64,000 nucleotides of DNA from Alphaproteobacteria bacterium. Lineage in GTDB: Bacteria > Pseudomonadota > Alphaproteobacteria > UBA828. Made by a program: the position numbers and the translations under genes. The notes under the pieces were generated by a model. That model did not search any database. It had not been told where the DNA came from and worked only from the letters and a program-made list of their open reading frames with translations. Positions 9,379 through 19,562 of this stretch are shown in pieces; the first letter of the stretch is position 1, and each line of letters begins with the position of its first letter. The stretch is from assembly GCA_965214705.1 (NCBI GenBank), contig OZ243972.1, positions 256,001 through 320,000 on the forward strand, in the 5' to 3' direction.

Positions 9379-10665
9379 ATGAAGACGAAGCTCGGAAAAC
9401 GCGTCGCCAAGACCAAGATTACCATCACCAAGCGCGCCGTCGACGCCCTCAAGCCCACCGACAAGCCCTGGATCGCATGGGATGACAGGCTCACAGGCTT
9501 CGGCGTCAGGGTGCACCCCACCGGCGCCAAGTCCTTCATCGTCAACTACCGTGCGGGCGACGGCGGCAGGAAAGCGCCGAACAAGCAGGTCGTGCTGGGC
9601 CGCTATGGCAAGATCGCGCCCGATCAGGCCAGGCGCCTGGCGCAGACCACACTCGGCAAGGTGGCCAGCGGCGAGGACCCGGCTGAGGAACGTGCGCAGG
9701 CGCGTGGGATGCCGACCCTGGCGGATGCGCTCAAGGACTACTTGGGTGCCAATCCCAACCGCTCCGAGAGCACCAACAAGCTCTACCGCTACGAGGCCGA
9801 GCGCTATCTCGGTGACTGGCTCAGCCGCCCACTCGATTCCATCACGCGGCGCGAGGTGGAGGCCCGCTTCAACCGTATTACCGTGGACCACGGCTGGTCA
9901 CCGGCCAACCACGCGATGTCTCTGCTGCGTTCCGTCTACCGCCGTCCCTGCGTCGATCTCGAAGGTCTGCGCAACCCGGTCGACCTCTGGCTTGTCGCAG
10001 GCGGGAAGTTCCATCGCAAGACGCGACGCAAGATCTCCACGCCCGCCGAGGTGCTGCCCTGTTGGCGAACCGGCATCGAGGCCGAGGTCAAGATGCCGGC
10101 CATGAGTGACGCGCTGTGGTTCGGGCTTTACACCGGCATGCGGCTGAGAGAAGTCCTGACACTGCGCTGGGAGCGAGTAGACATGGCGTCGCTCACCTTC
10201 CGCGTCGAGCAGACCAAGACCGGCGTCCCTCTCGAGCTTCCGATCACCCGGCAACTGCAACTCATCCTCGAGAGGCGTCGGGCGGCGAGGGCGGCGGTGC
10301 CGGGCACCGTCCAGGACTGGGTGTTCCCCTCTCCGGCCAGCAAGTCCGGGCACGTCGAGGATCCGCACTATCTCTACCCGCGCATCACGAAGACGGGCGG
10401 TGCGAAGTTCTGGTTCCATGCGTTCCGCAACTGCTTCATCACGGTGGCCGAACGGGACTTGATGCTTCCCTCGCCGTTGACCAAGCGCCTTGTGAACCAC
10501 GCCAGACCCAACGACGTGACGGAGGGCTATGCTGCGGACTGGACGATCGCCCAGCTCCGAGAGCCGGCTCAAAGGGTTGCCGATCGGATTGAGGCGCTGA
10601 TGGGCACCGCGCCGGAGGTCACCGCCGAACAGGATGATATTCAGGTCGGCGCCGGGTCTGGCTGA
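9379..10665 (+). CDS. Tyrosine integrase with N-terminal arm-binding (DUF4102-like) domain
   Basis: N-terminal 'WDDRLTGFGVRV..GAKSFIVNYR'; catalytic 'TGMRLREV', 'TKTG', 'HAFR', 'LVNHA', 'TEGY'. Confidence 0.9.
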   Translation: MKTKLGKRVAKTKITITKRAVDALKPTDKPWIAWDDRLTGFGVRVHPTGAKSFIVNYRAGDGGRKAPNKQVVLGRYGKIAPDQARRLAQTTLGKVASGEDPAEERAQARGMPTLADALKDYLGANPNRSESTNKLYRYEAERYLGDWLSRPLDSITRREVEARFNRITVDHGWSPANHAMSLLRSVYRRPCVDLEGLRNPVDLWLVAGGKFHRKTRRKISTPAEVLPCWRTGIEAEVKMPAMSDALWFGLYTGMRLREVLTLRWERVDMASLTFRVEQTKTGVPLELPITRQLQLILERRRAARAAVPGTVQDWVFPSPASKSGHVEDPHYLYPRITKTGGAKFWFHAFRNCFITVAERDLMLPSPLTKRLVNHARPNDVTEGYAADWTIAQLREPAQRVADRIEALMGTAPEVTAEQDDIQVGAGSG

Positions 10666-10852
10666 GACGAGGCACGGCGACGGTTTCGACCGAGAAGCGT
10701 TGACCGAGAGAGGCAAGCATCACGAGAGGGCCGGAGGCATTTCGCATCGGGTTGCGGCGTTCGGGCGGCAATGACGGCCTGGCGAGGACGAACGATGACA
10801 GTCGAACTCGATCTGCGCGAAGACACTGCCATCTTCCGTTACCCATCGGGAT

Positions 10853-13200
10853 CTCTCAACTACCCACTGTTGAGTCAGTTCCATGTTTGATCATGTCCAG
10901 GTCCTTCAAGGCACGGTAGGTGAGGGTGGCGTGTCGCAGGTAGACGTAGCCCTTCCAGAGCAGTTGGGTTCCCGGCAGGGGCTGCCGTTTTCGTGGATCG
11001 AAGCCGGCGAACCTGGCGACATCGATGACGAAGGTGCGGATGTCCGGGGGCTTGTCGGGCGGCGGACGGGCGCGAACCATGCCGTAGGCCATCAGCCTGA
11101 TGTAGAGGATGGCGATTTCGTCGTCCGAGACGACGTGGTTGGCCGGGGTGTCCGGCTTGTCGCGCGCGATGCGTTCGAGATCGAAGACGTGGCAGGCGGT
11201 GATGGCATCGAAGGCGACACACTTTCGCAGGTCGTCGGCGTGGTCGAGCTTTCGGTCCTCGACGCGGGTGCCGGTCTTCAGAACCTTGAAGTACTCCTCG
11301 ATGGTCCATCGGCGCTCGTACCAGGTGACGACGGTCTGGGCGGTCTCGGCGTCGGCGCTGCCCTCGGTGCTCAGCAGCAGCCAGTTGAGCGGGTCCTTGC
11401 CGGCGGGCGGGTCGGGTTCGGTCGCGGACACGACGAGCATGTCGACCGGCTCCCGGCTCTCGGCGTCGCGCGGTGGCGCCAGACTGACCCTGGCGGCGCG
11501 CAGCTCCAGCGTTGCCGTGCGCCTGGACCGCGCCCGCTTGCCGCCGCAGGCGCCGATCTCCACGGTCTTGCCGGCAAGGCGCGGGAGAGCGGCGACATGC
11601 TCCCACACGCTCTCCTCCTCGCCGCTCTCAAGGATCACCCGCCGCTGTGCCGACCGGCGCGCGCGCACCAGCAGCGCCGCGCCTTGCGATGCGGCCCTGG
11701 TGAGCAACGCCCAGATGTCGCCCTCCCGGTCGCAGACCGTGACCACCCGCGTCGCAGGGCAGGCGCGGGCCAACTCCTGCGCCCGCTCGTGCCCGCGCAG
11801 CCAGCGTTCACTCTCGATTTCCCTGTCGTCGCCGTCGCGGAAGCTCGCATCAAGGGCGAACACGCCGAGCGGCCGCCCGGCCGCGTTGAGCGCCAGACCC
11901 ACATGCGCCACCAGTCCGCACGTGCCCTTGCCGCCGCCGCCCACCCCGACGAGGCCTTCGGTCGCTTTGAGCCCGTCGTAGTTCAGCGTGGTGGTGTCCT
12001 GGATCGCGAGAACGATGTCCTCAAGCTGGCAGCGCTCCACCATCGTTGCCCGGTGCGGCTCCAGGATGTGCTCCATGCTCACCTTCCCGCTCGACAGCAG
12101 CCGGTAGGCCGCCTTGCGCTCCGGCCGGGCCGGAAAGATCGCCGGGATCGCGGCCCCCGGGCGCTCCAGCCACGCCCGTCCCATGCGCTCGATCCGATCG
12201 CGGACCCGGCCGTCAGGATGCGTGCTGCGCGCATATTCCCGCCCCGCCCAGTCCGTGTCCTCGTCCATGTGCAACGCCGGCGCCGCACGGATGTCCCGGG
12301 CCGGCTCGGCGCACAAGATGGCCTGCCAATCCGCCGCCAGCGGCTTCATCCACACCGTCCGCGCCGCCCCGGCGGCGGACCCCGGCGGCTGGCCCGAGGT
12401 GTGCTGGGAACAGCACCGCCAGCCCGCCGCCCGGTAGCAGGTGCCGGCATGCTCGGGGCCGACATAGCTGTAGGCCAGGACCGGCCGCGCCCTGTAGGCC
12501 GTCTCCCAGTCCGCCGCCACGCGCCCGGCCGCCAGCTCCAGCACCCGCGAGGCCAGACCGTGGACGCGCACGCCGGGCAGAAGCAGGAAGCGATGGTTGT
12601 TGATCAGGAGCGGCAGGTTCAAAGCCCGCGCGTCCGCCGACCAGCCGATAAAGTCGTCGCGCGCCTTCTGGTGCCAGCTCGCGGCGCAAAACCCGATGCC
12701 GCCGAGGCGGCCGTGAAGCGAGGAACGCACCCAGTAGCGCAGCTGCCCGCCCGGAGCCCGCGCCCAGCCTTGCGGGTGGTGCGTCGCAATCATCGCTTGC
12801 CACAGTTGCCGCTCGGCATCGCCGTCGACCGGCTCCAGTGTCACCGAGCCCAGATCCGCAAGCCGGCAGCGAAGCGAAAGGTCGGGGTAGGCTTCGATGG
12901 GCGCACTCTCGCGACGCCCCCGGCCGAACGCCGCCCGCGCCGCCGGCAGCGCGAGCCCGAGCTTGTCCGCCAGAACCGGCAGAGCCTTGCGCGCGGACGC
13001 AAGACAGTGCTCGCCCCGATCGCCGGTCCAGTCCTCAAGCGCGCAGAGATCGCGGGCAAGAGAACTGCGAGTGCGGCCCTCCTCCAGGACCGCCTTGCTC
13101 AACCACTCGATCGTGTCGGCGTGAAACTGGTGAAGGCCAACTTGCATGGCACGACATGTAGCCCACACCACTCATTGAGTCAACTGTGGACCGGTGTGAG
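10853..13200 (-). mobile_element. IS4-family (IS50/Tn5-like) insertion sequence, 2348 bp
   Basis: 9-bp target duplication CATCGGGAT (10844-10852 and 13201-13209); imperfect 25-bp terminal inverted repeats (18/25) starting CTC; splits a reconstructable gene. Confidence 0.9.
10856..13171 (-). CDS. DUF4338-like domain fused to an IS4/Tn5-type DDE transposase
   Basis: N-terminal half 'INNHRFLLLPGVRVHGLASRVL...GTCYRAAGW'; C-terminal half 'IQDTT', 'VCDREGD', 'YERRWTIEEYFKVLK' (YREK motif). Confidence 0.85.
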   Translation of the reverse strand: MVWATCRAMQVGLHQFHADTIEWLSKAVLEEGRTRSSLARDLCALEDWTGDRGEHCLASARKALPVLADKLGLALPAARAAFGRGRRESAPIEAYPDLSLRCRLADLGSVTLEPVDGDAERQLWQAMIATHHPQGWARAPGGQLRYWVRSSLHGRLGGIGFCAASWHQKARDDFIGWSADARALNLPLLINNHRFLLLPGVRVHGLASRVLELAAGRVAADWETAYRARPVLAYSYVGPEHAGTCYRAAGWRCCSQHTSGQPPGSAAGAARTVWMKPLAADWQAILCAEPARDIRAAPALHMDEDTDWAGREYARSTHPDGRVRDRIERMGRAWLERPGAAIPAIFPARPERKAAYRLLSSGKVSMEHILEPHRATMVERCQLEDIVLAIQDTTTLNYDGLKATEGLVGVGGGGKGTCGLVAHVGLALNAAGRPLGVFALDASFRDGDDREIESERWLRGHERAQELARACPATRVVTVCDREGDIWALLTRAASQGAALLVRARRSAQRRVILESGEEESVWEHVAALPRLAGKTVEIGACGGKRARSRRTATLELRAARVSLAPPRDAESREPVDMLVVSATEPDPPAGKDPLNWLLLSTEGSADAETAQTVVTWYERRWTIEEYFKVLKTGTRVEDRKLDHADDLRKCVAFDAITACHVFDLERIARDKPDTPANHVVSDDEIAILYIRLMAYGMVRARPPPDKPPDIRTFVIDVARFAGFDPRKRQPLPGTQLLWKGYVYLRHATLTYRALKDLDMIKHGTDSTVGS

Positions 13201-14491
13201 CATCGGGATACGACCGGATCGTCAATGAGCTGGACGGTCTACTGGACCGGCGGGACAGAGGAGAGCTCGCGGATGCCGGATACGTGAGCGGACTGGAGGA
13301 TCTCGTTGCGCGCCACCCCTGGTTCATCGATGGCCACGCACACCTGGGAAGCGCACTTTACCGGCAGGGCGAGACCGAAAGTGCGCTGGATGCCTGCATG
13401 CGGGGCTATTCGCTGGGCACGGAACTACTGACGCCGGACATGCAGGAGCTTGTCGAATGGAGCCACCTGGAGAACCGTCCGTTTCTGCGCGCGGCCCACG
13501 GCGCCGCTCTCTGTCATTTGCGGCTGGGCGGGCGGGGGGAAGCCATATCTGTCATGGAGCGGATCCTGCTGTGGAACCCCGACGACAATCAGGGCATCCG
13601 CTTTCTGATCGGCTCGGAATACATGCGTACGGGCCAGGAGGGCCGTGCCGAGACGTTCTTCGAGACGGAGGCGCCGGGCTATCCTCCGTACTGGTACGAG
13701 AAGGCGCTTCTGTTTCTGCGCCAGGACAGGCATGTGGCGGCGGCGACCAGCCTGCGCCGCGGGTTCGTGGAGAACGGCTACATCGCGGAGATTCTTTGCG
13801 GGAACCCCGACCCTCGCCCGATCGGGATCTGGCACGGATGGGTCTTTGCCGAGCCGGAACTGGCGAAGAAGTATGCGGATTCGTATGGCGGCCTGTGGCA
13901 CGAGACTGCGCACGCGATTTCCTTTCTGCGCTGGCTGCACATGCATCCCGTGATCATGTCCGAGCGCGCTGCCATCCTTGAGCTGAGCGAGCGTCTTCTC
14001 TGGGAGTTCGATGTCGAGCGGCGCGAGTCGATTTCGCGGATGCAGGATGAAGCATTGGCGCTGATCGACGACGAGCTGTCGGAGGAGATTGTGATCGATC
14101 GCGCCGACAGACGCGGGAGTGCGGTCTCTCCCTGGCTTTTTTCGTGAGGTTCCGGCAGACCGCGAGCCTGGGGCCGGCCGAGACAGGACGGGTTCGAGGC
14201 ACGGCAGCGTCCCGCCGACCGTCAGCAGTGCGGTTCGATTATTCCGGTCGGGAAGGTCGCGAGCGAACTGCTTGAACCGGAAGCGGAGCGCAGCGAGACG
14301 GTCTTGGCGCCGGCGCACCGGCGTGTTATCGGACCGCCTCGGCACAGGATCGGAGACCCGCACATGGCGACTTCCCAACCCGGCATGTTGTCAAGCGCGC
14401 CTTGACCCGCCGCAATGCAGCAAGATCAATGGATTTCCGCGCCGATCGGCACCGAACCTACGCGCCGAACAACAGGTGACGGGAGGCAGCA

Positions 14492-15586
14492 GTGGATAAC
14501 CTGGAAAGACTCGATTCTCTTCTTGGAGAATTCGACGAGTTGGGTCGGCATTCTGTGGGCTATCCCTGCAATCTGGATTTCGATTTCACAGCACTTCTGC
14601 CCTTCATGCAATACGCTCTCAACAACGTGGGCGATCCCTTCCACGACAGCAACTTCCAGAGCAACACACACGAGATCGAGCGCGAGGTCATCGGCATCTT
14701 CGCCGACTTGATGCACATTTCGCGCGAACAGGTGTGGGGCTATGTCACCTCGGGCGGCACCGAGGGCAACATGTACGGCCTCTATCTCGGGCGGGAACTC
14801 CATCCCGACGGCGTGGTCTATTTCTCCCAGGATACTCACTACAGCGTGGTCAAGATCATGAGCGTGCTGAAGGTGCGCAACATCATGATCAGGAGCCAGG
14901 ACAACGGCGAGATAGATTACGACGACCTCCGCGAGACGATTCGCATCAACCGGGACGTGCCCGCAATCGTGTTGGCCAACATCGGCACGACGATGAAGGG
15001 CGCGGTCGACGACGTGAGCAAGATCCGTGGCATCCTGAGCGACCTCGCGGTGACCAGGTCCTACCTGCACGCGGACGCAGCGCTCAGCGGCATGATACTG
15101 CCGTTCGTGGACGACCCGCAGCCCTATGGGTTCGATGTCGGGTTCGACAGCGTGTCCATCAGCGGACACAAGATGGTGGGCTCGCCACTGCCCTGCGGCG
15201 TCGCGCTGACCCGGCGCGAATACGTGTCGCGCATCGCGCGCGCCGTCGAGTACGTGGGCGTGCTGGACACCACGCTCACCGGCTCTCGCAACGCCATCAC
15301 GCCGCTGATGATGTGGTACGCGTTCGAGCAGAAGGGGCCGGACGGCTTCAGGCGCATCGTGAACGGATGCCTCGAGACGGCGGAATATGCGGTCACGCGC
15401 TTCAACGGCGGCGGCATCCCCGCGTGGCGCAACAGGAACTCGGTCACAGCCGTGTTTCCCAGGCCGCCGGCGGATGTCGTGCGCAAGTGGCAGCTCGCGC
15501 CCTACGAGGACATCGCGCACCTCATCGCCATGCCGCACGTAACGCGCGAGACCATCGACGCCGTGGTGGACGACTGCGTGGGGTAA
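14492..15586 (+). CDS. hdc: PLP-dependent histidine decarboxylase (group II decarboxylase)
   Basis: 'LNNVGDPF', 'WGYVTSGGTEGNMYG', 'HADAALSG', PLP lysine motif 'SISGHKMVGSP', 'GSRNA'. Confidence 0.8.
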   Translation: MDNLERLDSLLGEFDELGRHSVGYPCNLDFDFTALLPFMQYALNNVGDPFHDSNFQSNTHEIEREVIGIFADLMHISREQVWGYVTSGGTEGNMYGLYLGRELHPDGVVYFSQDTHYSVVKIMSVLKVRNIMIRSQDNGEIDYDDLRETIRINRDVPAIVLANIGTTMKGAVDDVSKIRGILSDLAVTRSYLHADAALSGMILPFVDDPQPYGFDVGFDSVSISGHKMVGSPLPCGVALTRREYVSRIARAVEYVGVLDTTLTGSRNAITPLMMWYAFEQKGPDGFRRIVNGCLETAEYAVTRFNGGGIPAWRNRNSVTAVFPRPPADVVRKWQLAPYEDIAHLIAMPHVTRETIDAVVDDCVG

Positions 15587-15617
15587 CAGCACTCCAAGAC
15601 GAAACGGGGACAACCGC

Positions 15618-16010
15618 ATGACCAGGATCGTCGTCATTGCAAACAACGAGGCGGGCGTTATCGCGGACATCGCCGGAGCCTTGGCCGAGCGCGACATCAA
15701 TATCGAAACCATCAGTGCAGAAGCACTCGGGGAAAAGGGCTCGATAACGCTCACCGCGGACGATCACGACGGCGCCTTGCGCGCGCTGACGGATGCGGGA
15801 TTCAAGACGGTATCCGACGAATCGCTGGTCCTGAGACTGCGCGACGAGCCGGGCGCGCTGGCCAAGCTGGCGGAGAAGTTCAAGCAGGCCGGCGTGAACA
15901 TCCGGAGCCTGCACATACTGGACCGCCGAAACGGCTACGCCACGGTCGCCATATCCGCCGACGACCGCGCCAGGGCGGAGTCGCTGGTGGAGCCGAAGAC
16001 GGCGGTGTAG
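15618..16010 (+). CDS. Tandem ACT-domain protein
   Basis: Two ACT repeats: 'NEAGVIADIAGALAERDINI' and 'DEPGALAKLAEKFKQAGVNI'. Confidence 0.8.
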   Translation: MTRIVVIANNEAGVIADIAGALAERDINIETISAEALGEKGSITLTADDHDGALRALTDAGFKTVSDESLVLRLRDEPGALAKLAEKFKQAGVNIRSLHILDRRNGYATVAISADDRARAESLVEPKTAV

Positions 16011-16067
16011 GAGGGAAGAGACGGGACGCAAGCTCTGTGGCGGTGAAGGCGCTCCGGTCGGCTCCCG

Positions 16068-17140
16068 CTACTCCCGGCACTCCCTGATCCATCCGTTCTC
16101 GAACACCAGGCCGTCGCAGCCGCAGAATCGGGCGATGCGGGCGAGTTCGCGCCCGATGCGCTCCAGCCGCCCCTTGCCGTGGCGCACGCGGCGCTCGGGC
16201 CAGAGCGCCCGCACGCTGAGGCGCTCACCCTCGCGCCGGCACATGTCGATACGTCCGACCTGCCGGTCGCCCTCCAGCAGCGGGAAGACGTAGTAGCCGT
16301 ATTCGCGCTTACCGCTTATGCACAATGCTCCGGTGAAACGCACATGTAGCGTCTGGCGAGCCTGGAACAGTCGACATTGGTGGCAGCATCGTGTGCCACC
16401 GGAGCCAAGTGCATAAGCGGTTCGCGCTTTTCCTCCGCCACATAGATCTCGATGCGATAGCGAAAGCCGAACAACCATTCGGCGCGCTTGCGGTCGCGCA
16501 GCAGCGGGTCGAAGGGGTTGAGCACACGCACGCCTGAGGCCGGCTCCGGCGCCCGTCCGGCCTGCTCGTATACGTCGGGACACGCGAACAGGCGGCGGGC
16601 TTCGCCGGGCCGCACACCTTCCACCGCCACCTCGACCAGTTCACCGGCGTCGCGGGCGGCACACCGGGACCGCGCCTCGTCGAGAGGGGCCGTGTCCCAG
16701 AAGGCCGCGATCTCTCGGGCGGATGCGAAGCCGAGCCCGTCGAGAGCGCTCGCGCATGCCCAATCCAGCGTTTCCCCGTCGTCCGGCACGGCAGTGCGAA
16801 AGGGGGCCGGGATCACGCGCTCGGCCAGGTCGTAAACCTTCTGGAACCCTTTGCGCCGGTCGATGGCGAGCGCGCCGGTGCGCCAGAGGAACTCCAGCGC
16901 CGTCTTCGACGGATGCCAGTCCCACCAGGCGGTTGCCTCACGCCGCCGGCCTCCGCCGAGCTCGCGCGCCATGACGGGCCCGCCCTCGCGAATGCGCTCC
17001 AGCACCTCGTCGAACCGCTCCTCGAACCCTCCCCCGCGCCATTTTCGCCAGCGCGCGCGCAGCATTTCGGCGTCGCGGCGGAACCGCAGCCGCCAATAGG
17101 GATAGAACGACATGGGGATGACCGACGCATCGTGGGCCCT
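16068..17140 (-). pseudogene. YcaQ/AlkZ-like (HTH_42) crosslink-repair DNA glycosylase, 5'-truncated and MITE-interrupted
   Basis: 'WWDWHPSKTALEFLW', 'LNPFDPLLRDRKRAEWLFGFRYRIEIY...KRE|YGYYVFPLL..GRID' rejoins after removing the MITE and one TSD copy; the N-terminus is missing. Confidence 0.85.
16311..16421. mobile_element. 111-bp MITE
   Basis: Perfect 13-bp TIR ACCGCTTATGCAC extending to 22/25; 8-bp TSD TCGCGCTT (16303-16310 and 16422-16429). Confidence 0.9.
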
Positions 17141-17308
17141 TGGGGGAGCCTTCCGATGATCGCGCGGCTGCTGGGCCACTCAGAGGTGCAGACGACGGCG
17201 CGGTACGCTCACCTGACGCGGGAGGCGATGAACGCGTCTGCGGCGCGGGTCTCGGCCAGCATCGGCGAGGATATCCTTCGCAGCGGCGCCCGGCCTTCAA
17301 CTCCCTGA
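17141..17308 (+). pseudogene. C-terminal remnant of a tyrosine integrase
   Basis: 'SLPMIARLLGHSEVQTTARYAH' (LLGH...Y box) with no N-terminus; abuts the truncated glycosylase. Confidence 0.8.
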
Positions 17309-17339
17309 GCGGCGGCGATTGCGGGGCCGCGCCCGCTCG

Positions 17340-19562
17340 TCACGACGCTCGCCGAGCGTCGGAACGAGCCGGGCGGCGGCCGAGCCATTCGTCGAGCTTC
17401 GACCAGCGCCGCCGGCCCGAGACGTTGCGCACCGCGATCGCCACCGCCTTCTTCTGGCCCACCAGCACCACCAGCCGCTTGCCCCGCGTGACCCCGGTGT
17501 AGAGTAGGTTGCGCCGCAGCATCGCGTAGTGCTGCGTCAGCACCGGGATGACCACGGCCGGGTACTCCGAGCCCTGGCTCTTATGCACGGTCGCGGCATA
17601 GGCCGGCACCAGCGTGTCGAGCTCGCCGAAGCCGTAGGCGTGATCGCTTCCCTCGAAGCGCGCGGTCAGCTCCCCCGCCCCGGGGTCCACGTCGACGACA
17701 TGGCCGATATCGCCGTTGTAGACCTCCTTGTCGTAGTCGTTCTCGATCTGCATCACCTTGTCGCCGGGCGCGAAGGTCCAGCAGAAGCGCTCCACCTTGC
17801 GCTCGCCGGCAGGGTTGAGGGCGGACTGGAGCTCGATGTTGAGTGAGCGAGCGCCCGCGCCGCCGCGGTTCATGGGGCACAGCACCTGGATGTCGCGCAC
17901 CGGGTCGAGGCCGAAGCGCTTCGGGATGCGCGTCTTCACCAGCTCGACGATCCTCGCGGCCGCGGTCTCCGGGTCGTCGGCCGGCACGAAATAGAAGTCG
18001 CTGTGGCTGTCGGGTCGCGAGAGATCGGGGATGGCGCCCCGGTTGATGCCGTGCGCGGTCGTGACGATCCGGATTCGCGCCGCCTGGCGGAACACCTCGG
18101 TCAGCCGCACCACCGGGACCGCGCCGGATGCGATGATGTCGGCGAGAACCTGGCCCGGTCCCACCGAGGGAAGCTGGTCGACGTCGCCCACGATCAGCAG
18201 CGCGGCCTCGTCGGGCACCGCCGTCAGCAGCGCCCGCATCAGCATGACGTCCACCATCGAGATCTCGTCGACCACCAGCAGGCTGCAGTCGAGAGGGTTG
18301 TCCCCGTCGCGTTTGAACCCGCCGTGCCGGGGATCGACCTCGAGCAGGCGGTGGACGGTCTTCGCCTCCAGCCCGGTGGCCTCGCTCATCCGCTTCGCGG
18401 CGCGCCCGGTCGGCGCGCACAGGAGAAGGTCGACGCCCTTGGCGGATAGGACCCGCAGGATGGCGTTGACGATCGTCGTCTTGCCGACGCCCGGACCCCC
18501 GGTGACGACCGTGACCTTGGACGTGAGCGCCAGACGGACCGCTTCGGCCTGACCGGCCGCCAGCGTGAGCCCCGTCTTCCGCTCGACCCACGGCAGCGCC
18601 TTCTCCGCGTCGATTGCGACCCAGGGCAGCTTGCCGGCCGCGATCCTGAGAAGCCGCTCCGCGATCGCCTGTTCCGCCCGGTAGAGGCCCCCGAGGAACA
18701 CGCAGGGGGTGTCCTCCACCGTGTCCGCGACCACGGCGCCGTCGGCCAGCTCCAGATCGAGCGCAGTCCGGATCAAATCGTTGGTCACCTCCAGGAGGCG
18801 GGACGCAAGCGGCCCCAGCTCCTCCGCCGGCAGCCCGCAATGCCCCTCGTCCATCGCCTCGGCCAGCGCATACGAGATGCCCGCGCGAACGCGGACCATG
18901 GCCGTCTTCTCGATGCCGAGCTTCATCGCGATCGCATCGGCGGTCTTGAACCCGATGCCGCGGATGTCGCGGGCGAGCCGGTAAGGGTTCTCCGTCATGA
19001 CCTCGACGGCGTCGGCGCCGTAGGTCCTGAAGATCCGCACCGCACGCGCCGTGCCCACGCCGTGGCTGTGCAGGAACACCATGATCTCGCGGACGACCTT
19101 CTGCTCCGCCCAGGCGTCGGTGATGCGCTTCGCCCGGACCTTGCCGATCCCCGTCACCTCGCGCAGCCGCTCGGGCGCCGCCTCGATCACGTCGAAGACC
19201 GTCTCGCCGAACGCCCGGACCAGCTTGCCGGCGTAGACCGGGCCGATGCCCCGGATCATGCCCGAGCCCAGGTACCTCTCGATGCCCTCGACGGAGGACG
19301 GCGTGGAGGTGCGCATGAAGCGCGCCTTGAACTGATGCCCGTGGGTGCGGTCGTTGATCCACTCGCCCGAAGCCGTGATCCATTCCCCGGCACCGACCAT
19401 GGCGGCGTGGCCCACGACCGTGACCAGGTCGCGATGGCCCCGCGCCTTGGTCCGGAGCACGCAGAAGCCGTTCTCGGGGTTGTGGAAGGTGACGCGCTCG
19501 ACCAGCCCGGCCAGGACCTCGCGATCCGAAGACTGCGCTTGCGGCCGGGCTCCCCGCGTCAC
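17340..19562 (-). CDS. recD2: ATP-dependent RecD2-type SF1B helicase
   Basis: 'LVERVTFHNPENGFCVLR', HhH 'GIGPVYA', Walker A 'GGPGVGKTT', 'DEISM', 'GDVDQLPSVGPG', '[10 protein letters not shown]'. GTG start at 19562 is inferred. Confidence 0.9.
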   Translation of the reverse strand: MTRGARPQAQSSDREVLAGLVERVTFHNPENGFCVLRTKARGHRDLVTVVGHAAMVGAGEWITASGEWINDRTHGHQFKARFMRTSTPSSVEGIERYLGSGMIRGIGPVYAGKLVRAFGETVFDVIEAAPERLREVTGIGKVRAKRITDAWAEQKVVREIMVFLHSHGVGTARAVRIFRTYGADAVEVMTENPYRLARDIRGIGFKTADAIAMKLGIEKTAMVRVRAGISYALAEAMDEGHCGLPAEELGPLASRLLEVTNDLIRTALDLELADGAVVADTVEDTPCVFLGGLYRAEQAIAERLLRIAAGKLPWVAIDAEKALPWVERKTGLTLAAGQAEAVRLALTSKVTVVTGGPGVGKTTIVNAILRVLSAKGVDLLLCAPTGRAAKRMSEATGLEAKTVHRLLEVDPRHGGFKRDGDNPLDCSLLVVDEISMVDVMLMRALLTAVPDEAALLIVGDVDQLPSVGPGQVLADIIASGAVPVVRLTEVFRQAARIRIVTTAHGINRGAIPDLSRPDSHSDFYFVPADDPETAAARIVELVKTRIPKRFGLDPVRDIQVLCPMNRGGAGARSLNIELQSALNPAGERKVERFCWTFAPGDKVMQIENDYDKEVYNGDIGHVVDVDPGAGELTARFEGSDHAYGFGELDTLVPAYAATVHKSQGSEYPAVVIPVLTQHYAMLRRNLLYTGVTRGKRLVVLVGQKKAVAIAVRNVSGRRRWSKLDEWLGRRPARSDARRAS

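Larger units (their letters stand above)
10795..14147 (+). pseudogene. TPR-like repeat protein gene interrupted by an IS4-family element
   Basis: Removing 10853-13209 joins MTVELDLREDTAIFRYPSG to YDRIVNELDG... in frame with ORF 13284-14147, which has TPR-like helices and 'NPDDNQGIR'. Confidence 0.8.

Noticed and set aside
10856-13171. Druantia defence system suggested by the DUF4338-like domain
   Set aside because: The domain lies inside an IS bounded by TIRs and a TSD, and no DruE-like helicase or other Dru genes are adjacent.
10883-13228. 781-aa plus-strand ORF
   Set aside because: Antisense shadow of the IS4 fusion transposase in high-GC DNA; no motifs.
14271-14410. CTTGAACCGGAAGCGG resembling the IS91-like element end, plus a small hairpin
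   Set aside because: Only a short gapped similarity with no matching second end or target evidence.
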